Shown here in pieces: positions 1 to 14,112 of a DNA stretch of 64,000 nucleotides (the first letter of the stretch is position 1; each line of letters starts with the position of its first letter). The stretch spans positions 41,974,001-42,038,000 of the forward strand of contig OX597814.1 in the NCBI GenBank assembly GCA_951406725.2, read 5' to 3'. The notes beneath the pieces are model-generated. The model did no database searches and was not told where the DNA came from. It saw only the letters and a program-made list of their open reading frames with translations. Position numbers and translations under genes: made by a program. This DNA is from Octopus vulgaris (Eukaryota).

Positions 1-870
1 CCGGACTTTTCGAGCTGTTCCAAGCAGTGATGTTTTCTGTAAATATTCCACACGTATTGCAGCCACTATTTGCTCCATGTACTTCTCAAGATTTTTATTC
101 CCTGTTCCCAGGGCTCCGACGATTATTGGTACTACTACCATCTATTTCATCGACCAAAACTGTTTAACATCCCAAGCTAACCTGGTTTATCTATTGACTT
201 CCCTTTCTTCCTTATCGCATACTTTGTCGTCAGATGGTTGGGCTATATTTATGATCCAGCATCGTTTGCATTCTTTCCCAAATTGCATTGCGTCTTATTC
301 CTATTCTCTATCTCATGGTCACACTGAATCATAAAATCTCATAGGATCTTTGCATTTCTATTTTCGATGATGACTCCGAGTTTATGTTCGTCCCACTGTT
401 TTGCGCTGTCAAGTCCATACGTGTTGCAAAGTGTCCAGTGGACAATCCTCCTTACATTATCATGAAGTCTCATACTTTTCCGGGGCTGGTGGCGTACATT
501 GACTGGTAATATGCCATACGGTTTCACCATCCTGTCCACAAATTCTGCACGTATCACTTTCTCACGTGCTCTCTAACCTGTATTTGATGTAATTGGCTCT
601 TAATGCTTGTTCTTGGGTAACACAGATTGGAGACTCCATTTCCAGTTTTATATTACTTTTATTATATCCATAGCCACGTTTTTACTCTGTATGTCTTGTC
701 TTCAACTTACCTATGAATTTGTCCATGCATTCTTTTGTTTGCCAGGTTCATGCTGCTTATTATTGATAAAGTTTTTTTTTTTTATTTTGGTGGGGCTGTT
801 AATGTCGGTGGTCCATACTGAGATCTTTGGCTTACAATATTTGATTATACCTATCATAATCAATAATTTT
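1..870 (-). mobile_element. Decayed R4/Dong-clade non-LTR retrotransposon, C-terminal part (CCHC zinc knuckle + restriction-like endonuclease); runs off the window start
   Basis: Minus-strand translation across stops and frameshifts: KRMHGQIH..KTWLWI..QEQALRANYIKY..CRICGQDGETVWHITSQC (CCHC)..HDNVRRIVHWTLC..NAKIL*DFMIQCDHEIENR..CWIINIAQP..VVVPIIVGALGTGNKNLEKYMEQI..LQKTSLLGTARKVR. This is the typical RLE-LINE C-terminus. Confidence 0.9.
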
Positions 871-1560
871 GTCTTCATAATTTCCAGGTTTTATTTTTTA
901 TCGTATTCCCTCCGGTTCAAATTTTTGTTTGTGTTATTCTGGTTTGGTGTATTTTACTTGTCATTATACATTCCTACGGTCTGGGTTTGTTATCTTTCGT
1001 TGTTTACTTAGAGTTTCTTGGACATGTACATCTGTCTTCGTATTTTACAGTCCCAGTGCTTATGATATTATTTGGCAGACCTGTGTAGTTACTATGTACG
1101 TTTTCCTGATGTACATTTCCTTTTAAGTGTTATGTTTCTATTTCAAATATTTTTGCTTTTGTTTTGAGAATATATCTCCACATGTTAGTTTATTAGGGAT
1201 CATTGCAGTATTCATGTCTTTATCTATGTCATTGACCCTGAAGATTTTATATATATATGTTGTATTTTCGTTCAGTGGGTGGGTGGAACACTGCTGTAAA
1301 ATTAGAGTGTAGGATTGAAATATATTCTCACCTGTCCATTGATGCTCTTTTTGATATTATTTGCTGGACATGTGGAATACTGTCCAACGATTTATTTTGA
1401 TGGTCATAATTTTCGTAGCGTACCGGTTCGTACATTTCTGGTGTTAAATGGTTTTGCATGTATACTTTTCCCTACTTTTTGTGTAAAAAGTTTAAAGTAC
1501 GTAATTCCCGTTTGTTATCCATGGTTGAGTAATAGGGGTATAATTTAATGTATTTTTCAC
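871..1560 (-). mobile_element. Probable N-terminal region of an R4/Dong-like ORF, heavily decayed
   Basis: A-rich minus strand with fragments QWT..EYISILHSNFTAVFHP..DMNTAMIPNKL..RYILK..FEIE, resembling the N-terminal region of R4/Dong ORFs; abuts a (TAA)n run at its 5' side. Confidence 0.5.
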
Positions 1561-1561
1561 A

Positions 1562-1566
<5 letters not shown>

Positions 1567-1638
<72 letters not shown>
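1567..1638. repeat. (TTA)n microsatellite
   Basis: Pure trinucleotide run. Confidence 0.98.
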
Positions 1639-1639
<1 letters not shown>

Positions 1640-3381
1640 GGTCATAATCATAGATCGATGCACATTAATTTGAATTTTTGGTCGCTGAGATAGTTACGAC
1701 TGATACGCGTTGGATGCAAATACAACGTCATACATACATGAAACCTGAATTAAACATTAACGATATGCGTTTGGCAAGCATGCGGTCCAGGATTGCATAT
1801 TAGTTTTATTTCTCATACACTTGACATTAGAAAATAGAACACCACTAGTAGCCTTAGAGTGCTCGTTGGCATTTACGTGACGTTTACTGTCTCATAACAA
1901 TTTAACATTTGGATTGCGTTTGGTTTGCGAATGTCGGTTTGTGGCATGTAAAATTGTGTACTAATTTAGATTTTGATATGTTACGAAGACAAATATATTC
2001 TTGTCGAGAAATTGACGTCAATATGAGGAAACTTGTATCGAAACAGTACAAAATTGGAACGAGTAAGTAAATTGCAACATACTTTCTCTTATAGTTTTAT
2101 GGCCATCATATTGTTTACAATAACAATGCAACAGTAATCATTTCATAACCTTGTCGTTATTCTGAAGTTGATTAATGGTCTTGGATACGATTTCTCAATT
2201 TTGCAATCTATCAATTGGTTACACGACATACGATTTTCTGGGTCGAAATTAACTTCTAAGTAGCATCTTAAAAGATGGTATTCAAATAGAAATAAACTAA
2301 TTATAATATAGGAATTAGTAGTATTTGCGACGAACCTCCATAGGCGTGTGAATGAAAAGCCATAATAATTCAGCTAGTTATGGAATATATCGATAGTAAG
2401 CATCAGTAGTGAAGTGATCGTCACTTTCTTCTTACCGCTGCAAACTTTGTCGATTGTTGCAATATATTATGATTTGTATAAGTGAAATGGTTTATTTTAA
2501 TTTATTTTTTTATTTATAATTAATTGATTGCAATAATTAATATGATTAAATATTTTTTCTTCGTGTATGAAACGTTAACTGATTAGCCACAACCATGTTG
2601 TTATATTCATAGATATAACACGATAATTTGTGATGTGACGGCAATTTTATTTCAATAAGCTTCATTTGCTCATATATTTACTAACCATTTAAGTATTTTA
2701 ATATTAGGTTGGTTTCGAGCAAATTTTCTCTTTCATTTTGTTGATTCTCTTAAGATTAAGACTTCACTTAATATTAGCGATATTTATATGATTTACTTAT
2801 TTTTACATTTATTCCTTCGTTATTATGACATTGGATACTATTTTACTTATTCATTCTGAATTTATTTTAAGACATGTATTTAAGAAAGAACTTTCGTAAA
2901 CACAATGACTCCACTATTTCAGATCGAATGTGCAAGTATAAATTTACTTTATTTGAACACTGCATCTTTCCAGTGGCTAATGTTTTGTTAGTGAGGCGCT
3001 AGTCGTCTATTATTTTTATTATATCTCGAGAGTTAATAATAAGGCTGATGTAGATTAACGGAACTAACGCAAATAAGAGGAAAAAGAAAGAAATATATTG
3101 CAATTAGAAAGTAAATTATGAGGCAGGAATCCCTTTAGGGTTGTTGCAAACGCTAGTATAATGGAATGTTTACCAAGTAAGTGTTGATTCTTTTCTACTT
3201 TCAAGACAACTGACACGCGAAATCGCGTGTTGTATCATTCAAATAATAAGTCAAGCGGTATGGAATGCTATTAACACCAAACAATATATCTTTAGCAGGA
3301 ACGTATGTAGTAAGAAGCTAAATAAAAATAATGACACAGCTAGGGTAAAACGATAAGGATGATGACGATAAGAAGAACTAC

Positions 3382-3600
<219 letters not shown>

Positions 3601-3601
3601 A

Positions 3602-3720
3602 ATTCCTTTATTGGCCACAAAGGCCGAACACAAAACATAGAAGACTATGCACAGACGAGGGACATTGAGGATAAACGTGCACACAGCAAACAAATGCAAC
3701 GAGCAACAAAAATTGCTGTT
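3602..3720 (-). mobile_element. 3' terminus of a LINE-like retroelement (L1/Tx1-like tail)
   Basis: Minus strand reads tgtccctcgtctgt...gtgttcggcctttgtggccAATAAAggaatt and then (TTA)n; similar to the tails at 19336-19390 and 30845-30903. Confidence 0.55.
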
Positions 3721-5535
3721 ACAAGAAAACCATATACATGGGTATTGAAGTTAGCTTCTTGCATTACCTTTAGAAAAAGTAAGAAGTGGTTGAGGAAACT
3801 TTTCTATGAGTTCCCCAGTTCATTTGGTCTCTTTATTCCCACGATTGTATTTACATTGATTACAGTATGGACAGCTGTTCAGAAGGACATCAGCATCTTT
3901 GCCTACAATGTCAAGGCCAAGCTGGTGCCAAAGATCAAGTTGTTCGAAAAACCTTCCAAAAGACAACGCGTAGGACACATGCGCTAGTTTTCAGAGTCAG
4001 CTTGAGGCCGAGGTGAAAGATGAGCGCGGCTATTTTGAACAAAATGTTATCTACTAATTATAAATCTAGTTGATATTTTCTGATTCAATAAAATACTTAA
4101 ACTATTTGATATGACTTTGTGTTTTCTCTCCCTATCATGCAAACTGTCAGACTGAGTACCGAACTCTCTCTCTCTCTAATCACAAGTTCGTTATTTGCGA
4201 CGAAATCAATATTGTATATCGTTCTGCATATGCTACTTAACATGAATATACTGTATGAAAGTTACAGTAATATGGTATTTGTTTTGAGAAAGAGTGTGAT
4301 ACACACTCGCAATACTAAAAAAGCGCAGAAGAATCAGTGCTGTTCAGCACTCTACTTCTGTACGAGATTGTTTCTCAAGACGAATACAGTGATTTTGCTG
4401 TTTTCTTATAGTAAATCCGTGTGAATATATAGACAATATTATATAAATATCTCATTGTGTCTTTTTTTTAACAGTTTCTAACGAACAAAAGTATTGTAGT
4501 ACAAGGCAATTGGTATTGGAGAGACGTAGCCTTAATTAACCGGGCTGCGCTATCCGCGCATTTTGATTTGAAAATAAGTTGTTCTTCGTGGAGACATGGC
4601 TGCTATTTCGATCTGCTCATATGGTTACTTATTATTATTGGTTTAATGTATTTTTCGTTTACATTTAAGGCGCTATTTTCCCTTTGGGAAATTTTTCTTA
4701 CAATATTTCAACAAAGGATCTTGGAACGACATTCTCATTGAACACTCGTGTTAGGTACAAATTTCAATTTTTAATTTAGCAGATATTTTGGAATATTTTT
4801 CTGCAGCTTCATTCCTTCCAGTGAATCAAGACTTGCGTTAGTGCTCAAAATTGAAAAAAATATAAATGTATATAGTGTTCAAAATTATAAGATTTATTTT
4901 CGTTACAATTAATCCTTGAATTTTGATTTACAAATTCAGAGTAGGTATACCTAAGAAAGAATGACATTTCCAAGTGCTACTATTGAGGAAAGGGGTTAAC
5001 AAGTGAATATAGGGACAAGATGAAGGTGAAAAATATTAATTTATAATCATATTTGCTTATAATTTTATGCACCTACTACACCTAAATGTATGCGGAGAAG
5101 CTTAAGTATCGCAATGAAACTCCAAAAGCACGGTATAGCAAAATAGTTATTGGCACTGTAAACACACTGATGAGCAGAGAAGAGTTAGGTCTGTAACACA
5201 TGAACGCAAAACATATAATTTATATATCTGTTTTGACCCTTTATATACATACATACACACAAAAAACATTAAGAGACACACAAGACCTCAATGAATCTAA
5301 CGCAGGAGTGATAATTATGAAAATTAACAGTCGAAAAACAGTTAGCAGTAAATTCTTAAGAAAACAAAAGAAAAGAAAGGACAACTAGATTATTATATAG
5401 GAAGCAATTCAGAATTGAGGTCTGTTTTATATCTTTAGGATGAATGAAACGTGAGAAATATGAACATACATCAAGGAATCGTAGTGTTTAAGCAATCTAT
5501 AGGATATTTCATTTTCCGTGCAAGTGAAATATCTG

Positions 5536-5669
<134 letters not shown>

Positions 5670-6794
5670 ATAGTTAAACAAGAGAGAAAGAGCTTTTTTT
5701 TCTTGTGTACATTAAGATTAAATATACATTTAATAACTTCAGATAAATTGAAAATAATATAATTAAATAGAAACTGAGTGAATAGTACAATTGACATAAA
5801 AATAATTCTTAATGTTAACTATAGTTTCGTTGATTGCAAATAACTTTAGTTAAAGAATTAACTACCAGGTATATGCTCCCTAAGAATTGTACGTCTACAC
5901 TATTAATTAGATTGACGAATATCGTAGCATATCCAAATAAAGTATGCTATTAACAAGAGCGAAACTGGATTTTGTCTATTCATATAGTTAAAGAAATTAT
6001 ATTTATATTTACTGAATTTGAATAAGTTTAATCTGAGTAAACATTGTAAGAATAATGCAATACCTAAGTTCCAAAAAAGTTAAATATATTTTCTTTGTAA
6101 TTAACTAATTTTAGGTAAACATGGACACTCTTTTCATAGTAAATGAAAATCATACATCTACACCATTAATTAAATACACAATTATAGGTAAGAACAGATA
6201 ATTTATATAAGTAACATATTGACATATAACTTCTCATAATAAGAAGAAACAAAATCAATAAATAAATAAGTAAAAGGTAGAAAATAAGTACATACCTAGA
6301 TTTATATTATTGCCAATGAATATGAAGAGTTATATAGAGAGTACAAATGATCAAGGGGTCAATAAATCTATAGTTAATGAGGAAAGCGTTTTAGAGACAA
6401 TGATAAATGACCAGCTTGTAAAAAGCTATTTTGCACCAATAAAGAGAGAGGATGTTAACATGACCTAGTTCTTCTTAACTATGCTTATCCCTTGTCCACT
6501 GATGTCAAAACAAACCCCTTGCTATCTTTAGAACAGAATCAAAGACGTAGAGACCACAATGCAAATGAAATAAGCTCTCCATCCGTTAGGGTGTATAAAA
6601 CAATGGTCAATTTTTACTTTGATAAATACTTGCCCTCATGAAATATTTTACTTTTTCAAATTCATAAACAAATTTAAATACATAAATATGGATTTAAGTA
6701 AATTAATCTGAAACGTGTGTAGGCCTCATGAATTGAATATTATTATAATACATACATTGCTTATTCTGTGTAAACATTCTCCATTTTATATGAT

Positions 6795-6970
<176 letters not shown>

Positions 6971-7228
6971 GAGTGTATTTAATTATACCAAGGAAGATCG
7001 AACGGAAAAAGGCCTTACACCAGCATGCTTGAAATGCCGATATTTTCAAAAACTAGCAAAATCTCCACCTAAAATATACACGTGGCTGAAATCGGGCTAG
7101 TGGAAGAAGATTTATAAGAAGCCCTCACGTTAATTGTGAATTGATTCCAATTATGGGTTAAAGCAAAAATAGCTTTCGTCAATACAATACACGGATAGGA
7201 GAAATATAAGTCCAAATAAGTATATATT

Positions 7229-7631
7229 GGCGGTGGAGTGGCTGTGTGGTAAGTAGCTTGTTTACCAACCACATGGTTCCGGGTTCAGTCCCACTGCGTG
7301 GCACCTTGGGCAAGTGTCTTCTACTATAGCCTCGAGCCGACCAAAGCCTTATGAGTGGATTTAGTAGACGGAAACTGAAAGAAGCCCGTCGTATATATGT
7401 GTATATGTGTATATATATGTGTGCGTGTTTGTGTGTCTGTGTTTGTACCCCTAGCATTGCTTGACAATCGATGCTGGTGTGTTTATGTCCCCGTCACCTA
7501 GCGGTTCGGCAAAAGAGACCGATAGAATAAGTACTGGGCTTACAAAGAATAAAGCCCCGGGGTCGAGTTGCTCGATTAAAGGCAGTGCTCCAGCATGGCC
7601 GCAGTCAAATGACTGAAACAAGTAAAAGAGT
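7229..7631 (+). mobile_element. tRNA-derived SINE, family A (near full length, internal TA/TG microsatellite)
   Basis: A-box-like TGGCTGTGTGG (7239) and B-box-like GGGTTCAGTCCC (7281), then ggcaccttgggcaagtgtcttctactatagcc; ends aaacaagtaaaagagt. A highly similar copy lies at 17406-17771. Confidence 0.92.
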
Positions 7632-7810
7632 GGAAGAGTATACCGCCCAAAGCATGTCCACACGTCTACATACAATTATTTGCACGTATAGATGGAAAGA
7701 ACATCGATTCATACATCCCTTCACGACCGCCAACGTGTATATTATAGGAATAGTGAAGCAGTAAATGCTTTTCTTGTCAGGAGTTAAAAAGTTCTTAGAA
7801 TATCTCAGTA

Positions 7811-7910
7811 ATTCATAAAGGAAAATAAGGATAAGGATAAAAATCACATTATAGCATACTGACTACTTGATAAAAATAATAAACATCATTTTTATCCTTA
7901 TATTCCTTTG

Positions 7911-7915
<5 letters not shown>
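7811..7915. repeat. Short inverted-repeat (fold-back) element abutting (TA)n
   Basis: attcataaaggaaaataaggat(aaggat)aaaaat ... atttttatccttatattcctttgtgaat: arms of about 28 bp. Confidence 0.75.
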
Positions 7916-7956
<41 letters not shown>

Positions 7957-8567
7957 GCCATATGAGAATGATGTTCGTGTACGTGTGTGTGTGAGCACGT
8001 GTCTGCATGTGTGAGCGTTTGTATGTGCACGCGTGTCTGTATGTGCCGGTGTGTGTGTGTTTGTGTATGTGTGTGTTTTTGCCAGTAATTACTATGCTAG
8101 TTTGAAAAGGAATGTCAGATGCGGTATAAAAAACGTGGTTCCCTTACTGAATTATATTACAATTTCATCGAGGATTACAGCTACATCATAAGACCATATA
8201 AATTGTTGCTGCATAGAAAAAATGAAGAAAAACATCATGAAATATAATGAATGAATGAAGTAGGAAACACGGCATAATATTATTTACAGCTACACATTAA
8301 ATAGCGGCATGCCTTTCATTAAACTTTGATTACGCTGTATGAATTAGATATTCCACTGACGGCCTCTAATTAGGAAATCAACGCCAATATTAAACAGATG
8401 ATTTATAGAACACCTATTCACAAATGCACATTCAAATTTAGTGATATATAATTGGTCACGTGTATGTATAAAGACTCTATAAAATTTCATAATTGCAGTA
8501 GAAACCAGGCATCAAAATATTCATATAATGTTGGTTTCAAATATATCAATATATCAATCATATTTCA

Positions 8568-8997
<430 letters not shown>

Positions 8998-9599
8998 TAC
9001 GTGCGAGTGGGATGTGTTAATCTGTGGATGTATACCTCCATATAATGTGAATGCATGTGCGTGATTACTTTATGATGTATTTATTTACATAAATGTTACG
9101 TATATTATTATATGTGTGATTTTATTTGTTTCAACTCTCATGTATACATTCATTTACCTATGTGTTCTTTCACATATTCATCCTTTCCTTCATTCATTTG
9201 AATCTGCATAGCTCTTATTCTATCTCTATATATGTAAGCGTATAACGAAAGCGATAAATAATTATATATTGATGATTAAGATGAGATATTTGTGTCTGAA
9301 ATATACGTGTTATTACTTTACATACAACGCAATATGTGAAAAATGATAAACTTACAAAAATCATCCCAAAAACCAGCATTGGAAATGAGAATTTAGCTGA
9401 AAAACAAAATAATATATGTAAAAAAATAAAGCATAACTAAAATGTTACCATGAAAGGTATCTGGCTATTACAATCTCTGTTGAAAATGTTATTACTTTTC
9501 CTCACTAAAAAACAATTAGGCAACATTATATTTCATTTCATTTTCCGTTTTAAATGTTAACGCTATCCTATCTAGATATATCTATTGATATATTTACTC

Positions 9600-9774
9600 A
9601 GACACACACAAACACGCACACTCACACACACCTATATATACATGTACATATGTATGTATATATATATAAGTGTATATGTATGTATACCTTATATACACAC
9701 ATATATTCGTATATATGTATAATTATTTATATTGGTGCTTATGTATCTGTCTATATGTACCTTTGTATTTAATA

Positions 9775-9817
<43 letters not shown>

Positions 9818-9888
9818 TATATATATATGTGTGTGTGTGTATGTATTTATGTATGTACATGTATATGTTTGTCTATGCATATGTGAGT

Positions 9889-9938
<50 letters not shown>
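9600..9938. repeat. Compound (CA)/(TA)/(TG) low-complexity block
   Basis: Direct observation. Confidence 0.9.
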
Positions 9939-9943
<5 letters not shown>

Positions 9944-10779
9944 TACATAATAGTTATTGGGAAATTACGCCAAGCATGATAACGCTATGGAAATTTATTT
10001 GATAATCACCAACATAACCTGTGATCAAAAGAATGCGATTAAAAGTGGAGATGTAATTGATATGAAAGGGGAATTATGAAAGCGAAATTTTATATTGATG
10101 ATATCATTGTCCATGAAAATAATCATTATCAACATTCAAAATGGAACCATTCAGAGGAATCGATAAAGAATGATGTATTCCTATTTATTAGGGAAGTGAA
10201 TTATTTTCTGATATAAAATAGATATTGAAATAGAGATATATGTATGTATACTAACCGCTAAATATATACATACATGCATATATTAGGCACATCACACGCA
10301 TGCACATCATTGAAATACACACGTTCATACATCTAGCTGTGTGTGTGCGTGTGTGTGTGTGTGTGTGCCTGTGAGAGGAATTGCGCGTAGAGATGACAAT
10401 AACGTGATAATATTGCAATCATTCAATGCATGCCCTAAATAATGGACGTTGATGTGTAATTATATAGTTAACAAGGAAAGGCTGCGATTTGATAGAATTT
10501 TGTCCGGCTCAATGTTGTAAAATTAAACGTCCCCATGTTCGAAATGGCTTTCATCACTTTGGAGTCGATTAAATAATTACTACAAGAGGCCAATGAAGTG
10601 ACTTGACCCATTCCAAAAATTTTAGTTCGTTTATTTAGATTAGAAAGTATTTAGTTGGCACGGGAATTTACTTAACATATTGTGGCAAGTTTCATGTCAC
10701 TCCATAACGAAATTCAAGTGTACTAAATATGGTTCAGTTGCAGCAAATATTCTAATCTGTGGATGATAACTTTGATAGA

Positions 10780-11050
10780 TTTCGGCCAGTATAGGCCCAG
10801 GACATGTCCAACTTAATAGCACCACCTGGTGAAGTCTTTTAGTCACCATGGCCCACTCTTCCAAAGAGTTATTTTTGTTAGAGACATATCCGGGTGTAGG
10901 AGGTTTGTCACAGGTGCCAAGCTATATTTGTGTTTGCCTTTCCCTTAGCTAACATCGGTGGCGTGGAAGGGAAGATTATGCATGGGCGACTTCTGGTCGT
11001 CAATAAAAAAGAAACTTGCCTCGACTTCATGACCGAGGTGGAGTCTCCTC
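10780..11050 (+). mobile_element. Degenerate interspersed repeat (SINE/RTE-related, unclassified)
   Basis: GC-richer island with ...catcggtggcgtggaaggg...gcatgggcgacttctggtc...cttgcc...ttcatgaccgagg, recalled as a cephalopod retroposon body; no second copy in the window. Confidence 0.4.
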
Positions 11051-12376
11051 TTAATCCTCAGAAAGTATATAGCTAAGTTATTATACAGGGGTTAGATTTT
11101 TCTGTGTATCCATCTTGTCACTAGATTTTTAAATATTCCCCCTTTTTCCTCTTTTTGTTTTTGTTTGACCAGCGTCGATACTTTGAACGAGTATTCAAAT
11201 AATCACGATGGTTCAACATTGTTGTATTCGATTTCGTGAATGAAGAAAGGCTGGAACTTGTTGTTTTTAGTTGTTGATACGCCAGTAACCTAGTTTAAAA
11301 ACTTCTTCGAAATCAAAAATCAGCTTATACGATAAGTATATTATGGAAGTAGACTAACTATACAGTCAACAACCGTATTTGACAGCTTGATTTCCGAAAT
11401 ATAACTTTAACATATTTGCTTAAACGACGTAACAACAAAAAATATTTGCTGCAAGAGATTTAGATTCCATTATTAGGTTTCCTATTAGTTTGTGACTTGT
11501 TAAAATCTCTGGTTATTCATTGAGACTTTACAGATTATCATGCAGTAGATATTATTGGTATTTCTCTCTCCACCTCCATATTTTGTTCTGAGACGAGACT
11601 GAATTTATCGTTTTGGTAGGAAAAAGTATTATTTGCAGTAGCTGAAAAATCTCATTTGGAACAAAGTGCAAATATTTTTGTTGAAACAGATATTCCTATG
11701 TTTCCCTCCAATGAGAAAGCAGCGATATATAATAGGAAAATACTCATGAAATATAGAAGAAATTGTCAAATATATACATAAGAAACGAACGATAAAATCA
11801 TCATCAGTTGCATTTGTAATCATACAACCAATTTCACTCATAAGCGGGAAAAACAGACTAAAGTCAGGTGTTAGACGAGAAAAATCGATGGCAGCACAAA
11901 ACTATTACTTCATTTTTCAACCCAGAAACAGTGACATATTGGTTTAACTTTGGTAGGATTTAAAGAACAAATTATTGAGAATGGCAACGATAAAGCAAAT
12001 CAACCTCTGAGACACTTCATTGCCTATGTCAACAGACATTCAGATGAGAGGTAAAACTACTATATAAGAGAGATCAGTGAGCCCTGCGGCTCAAGCCTCA
12101 CTTTATTAAGACAATTTCAAATCATCATATCAGAGAAAATTCATAACCTTCTATATTGGACAAAAAAGAGGATAACTCAATTCTCTTTGGTCCCTCAGAT
12201 AGCGTAACGCACCTATCATGATCATGTTGGTGAAAGGTAGAATAATGAATTTCGCTTGACGTTGGATCCGAAATGATTGGCATAATCTTTGACCTAAATC
12301 CTGATGCGTTAATTATCCATTAGATTCTGGTTTTCAGTACGACGTGATATCTAACTCTGCTTATATTTGTCTGTGG

Positions 12377-13150
12377 TACGAAGATCGGCCGATAAGAACT
12401 TAGGCTAAATAATATGCTCTCACGGAATGTGACGAAATGGTGGTTTAGTTTTCATAAAAGTATACGCACGTTTTTGTTCAGTGTTGCATTGCTTGCATCC
12501 CAATGGTAAAGACGTTTCCATCCTGTTGGTGACAACAGATTTGAATAGAATTTATGACGACACCATCACTGCACTACTAGTTCCCAGCCAAGTGCTTTTT
12601 TAGCTTTCATTTGTGAAACGAAGTACAGTTAGATGCAGCGAAATCTGGAGAATAGGGAAGGTGATCAAGAAATTCAAATCCAGTTTCACGCTTGAGTATT
12701 GTCTGATGAAAAAAGGGAGTTTCACTTTTTGTAAATGCTTTTGACACAGTACTCTTCATCGAGGATTGGATCTTTGAAAATAGTCAATACACACAATATT
12801 GTGTGCATCCCACAAAAGTGAGGTCACTTTTTGCGAATGAAACAACCTTGGCTATTAGGGAACAGGTGAGGAGGCGTGTTTCCATTGTATAGATTGTCTC
12901 TTTGTCTCTGGCTCACAGGTATATTCAAAACACTCGCTCTGGTTAAACAAACGTCCAAGGAAAAGAAAACTGCTTCAAACAATGTAAGATTTGTCCGCCA
13001 TGTAATCAGTCTGATGAGCTTTCGATCAGTTATCAGTGGACGCGGCATCCATCGAGTAAAGATTGTCATGCCAATTTATTTGACACAACGAAGACCTTTG
13101 TGCAGAATATTCTCAAGTCTCACATGGAGTATGTTGTCGATACATTTCTC
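12377..13150 (-). mobile_element. Mariner (Tc1/mariner superfamily) transposase fossil
   Basis: Minus strand: TRWMPRPL (WVPxxL motif, about 13040-13051), EPETKRQSIQWKHASSP, LWDAHNIVCIDYFQ, GFEFLDHLPYSPDFAASN (YSPDLAPSD motif, 12628-12681); left end TACGAAG resembles a mariner terminus; many stops and frameshifts. Confidence 0.9.
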
Positions 13151-13246
13151 AGGCAGAACGGTATATATGTAAGATCCCAACAAAGTTTAAAATGGGTCCT
13201 TGGTTTTCTTCTCTACATATAGAAATATATATATATATATATGTCT

Positions 13247-13283
<37 letters not shown>

Positions 13284-13454
13284 CACATATATGTATGTAT
13301 GTATGTATAGTGAGAGAGTGAAACAGAGAGAGAGAAAGAGAGAAATGGATGAGTGAAAGGAAGAAGGAGGAACATGGTTTGGGAGGGAGGGAATGACGGA
13401 TGTGTATAGGTATTCTGGGGCAGAATTAAGTCGGAGCGATGTTGGGCTTTTCGG

Positions 13455-13538
13455 TATAAGGGAAGAGATTAACTATATAAAAGAAGAGACTACCAGTATA
13501 AGAGAACCGATTTCTTTCATAAGAGAAGGGATTTCCTG
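13455..13538. repeat. Degenerate 21-bp tandem repeat, 4 units
   Basis: tataagggaagagattaacta / tataaaagaagagactaccag / tataagagaaccgatttcttt / cataagagaagggatttcctg, with exact 21-nt spacing. Confidence 0.7.
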
Positions 13539-13950
13539 TATTGCTATAGGTTGCGGGAAAAGTTTCGCCCATCGCATCAATATACGATTAATTGTACAGT
13601 GATGCTAATATACCACTAACTATACTACATATTTAACAAGTATGTATACTTTCAAAGGTCAAGAGATGAAAGGCCCTTCTCAAACTATAAGCTCATATGG
13701 CTTGTTTTAAATATTTGCTTTGCATATTCGTTACTACTTAGATTCTACTCATCACATATTCCCCTTCCTGAGGGCAGACTGTCTTGCATCGCTGTTGAAT
13801 AGTATAGACATAAAAATACAAATTCTAGCGAAAACGCCTAGTCATAAATGTTATCATTTACACTAAAATCTTTTCATATATTTTTTTTTCACAAATTGTA
13901 AACATTGGTCAGAAAGCTTAATGAAAATACCTTTTTAATATAGTTTAAAT

Positions 13951-14112
13951 TATTGGCATAATCCCAGCAAGTTCGGGGATAGTGATGAGTCAATCATATC
14001 GAGTGGTATTGTATTGTCCCGGCAGAATGAAAAGCAAAGTGGAACTCGGCAGCAGTTGAACTCAACGTAAAGACGGTCGAAATGCTGCAAAGCATTTTGC
14101 CCGGTATGCTAA
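13951..14112 (-). mobile_element. SINE family B, old copy
   Basis: Reverse-complement similarity to 30673-31035 (atgaaaagcaaagtggaactcggc...ttgaactca...gaaatgctgcaaagcattttgcccgg). Confidence 0.75.

Noticed and set aside
3213-3230. 8-bp hairpin acacgcga-aa-tcgcgtgt
   Set aside because: Too short to separate from chance; no terminator or element context.
7229-7300. tRNA-gene-like A/B boxes (also at 17406, 40473 and 60508)
   Set aside because: No complete cloverleaf; each continues into a SINE body or tail.
13455-13538. CRISPR-like periodicity
   Set aside because: Contiguous 21-bp units without spacers, eukaryotic context and no cas genes.
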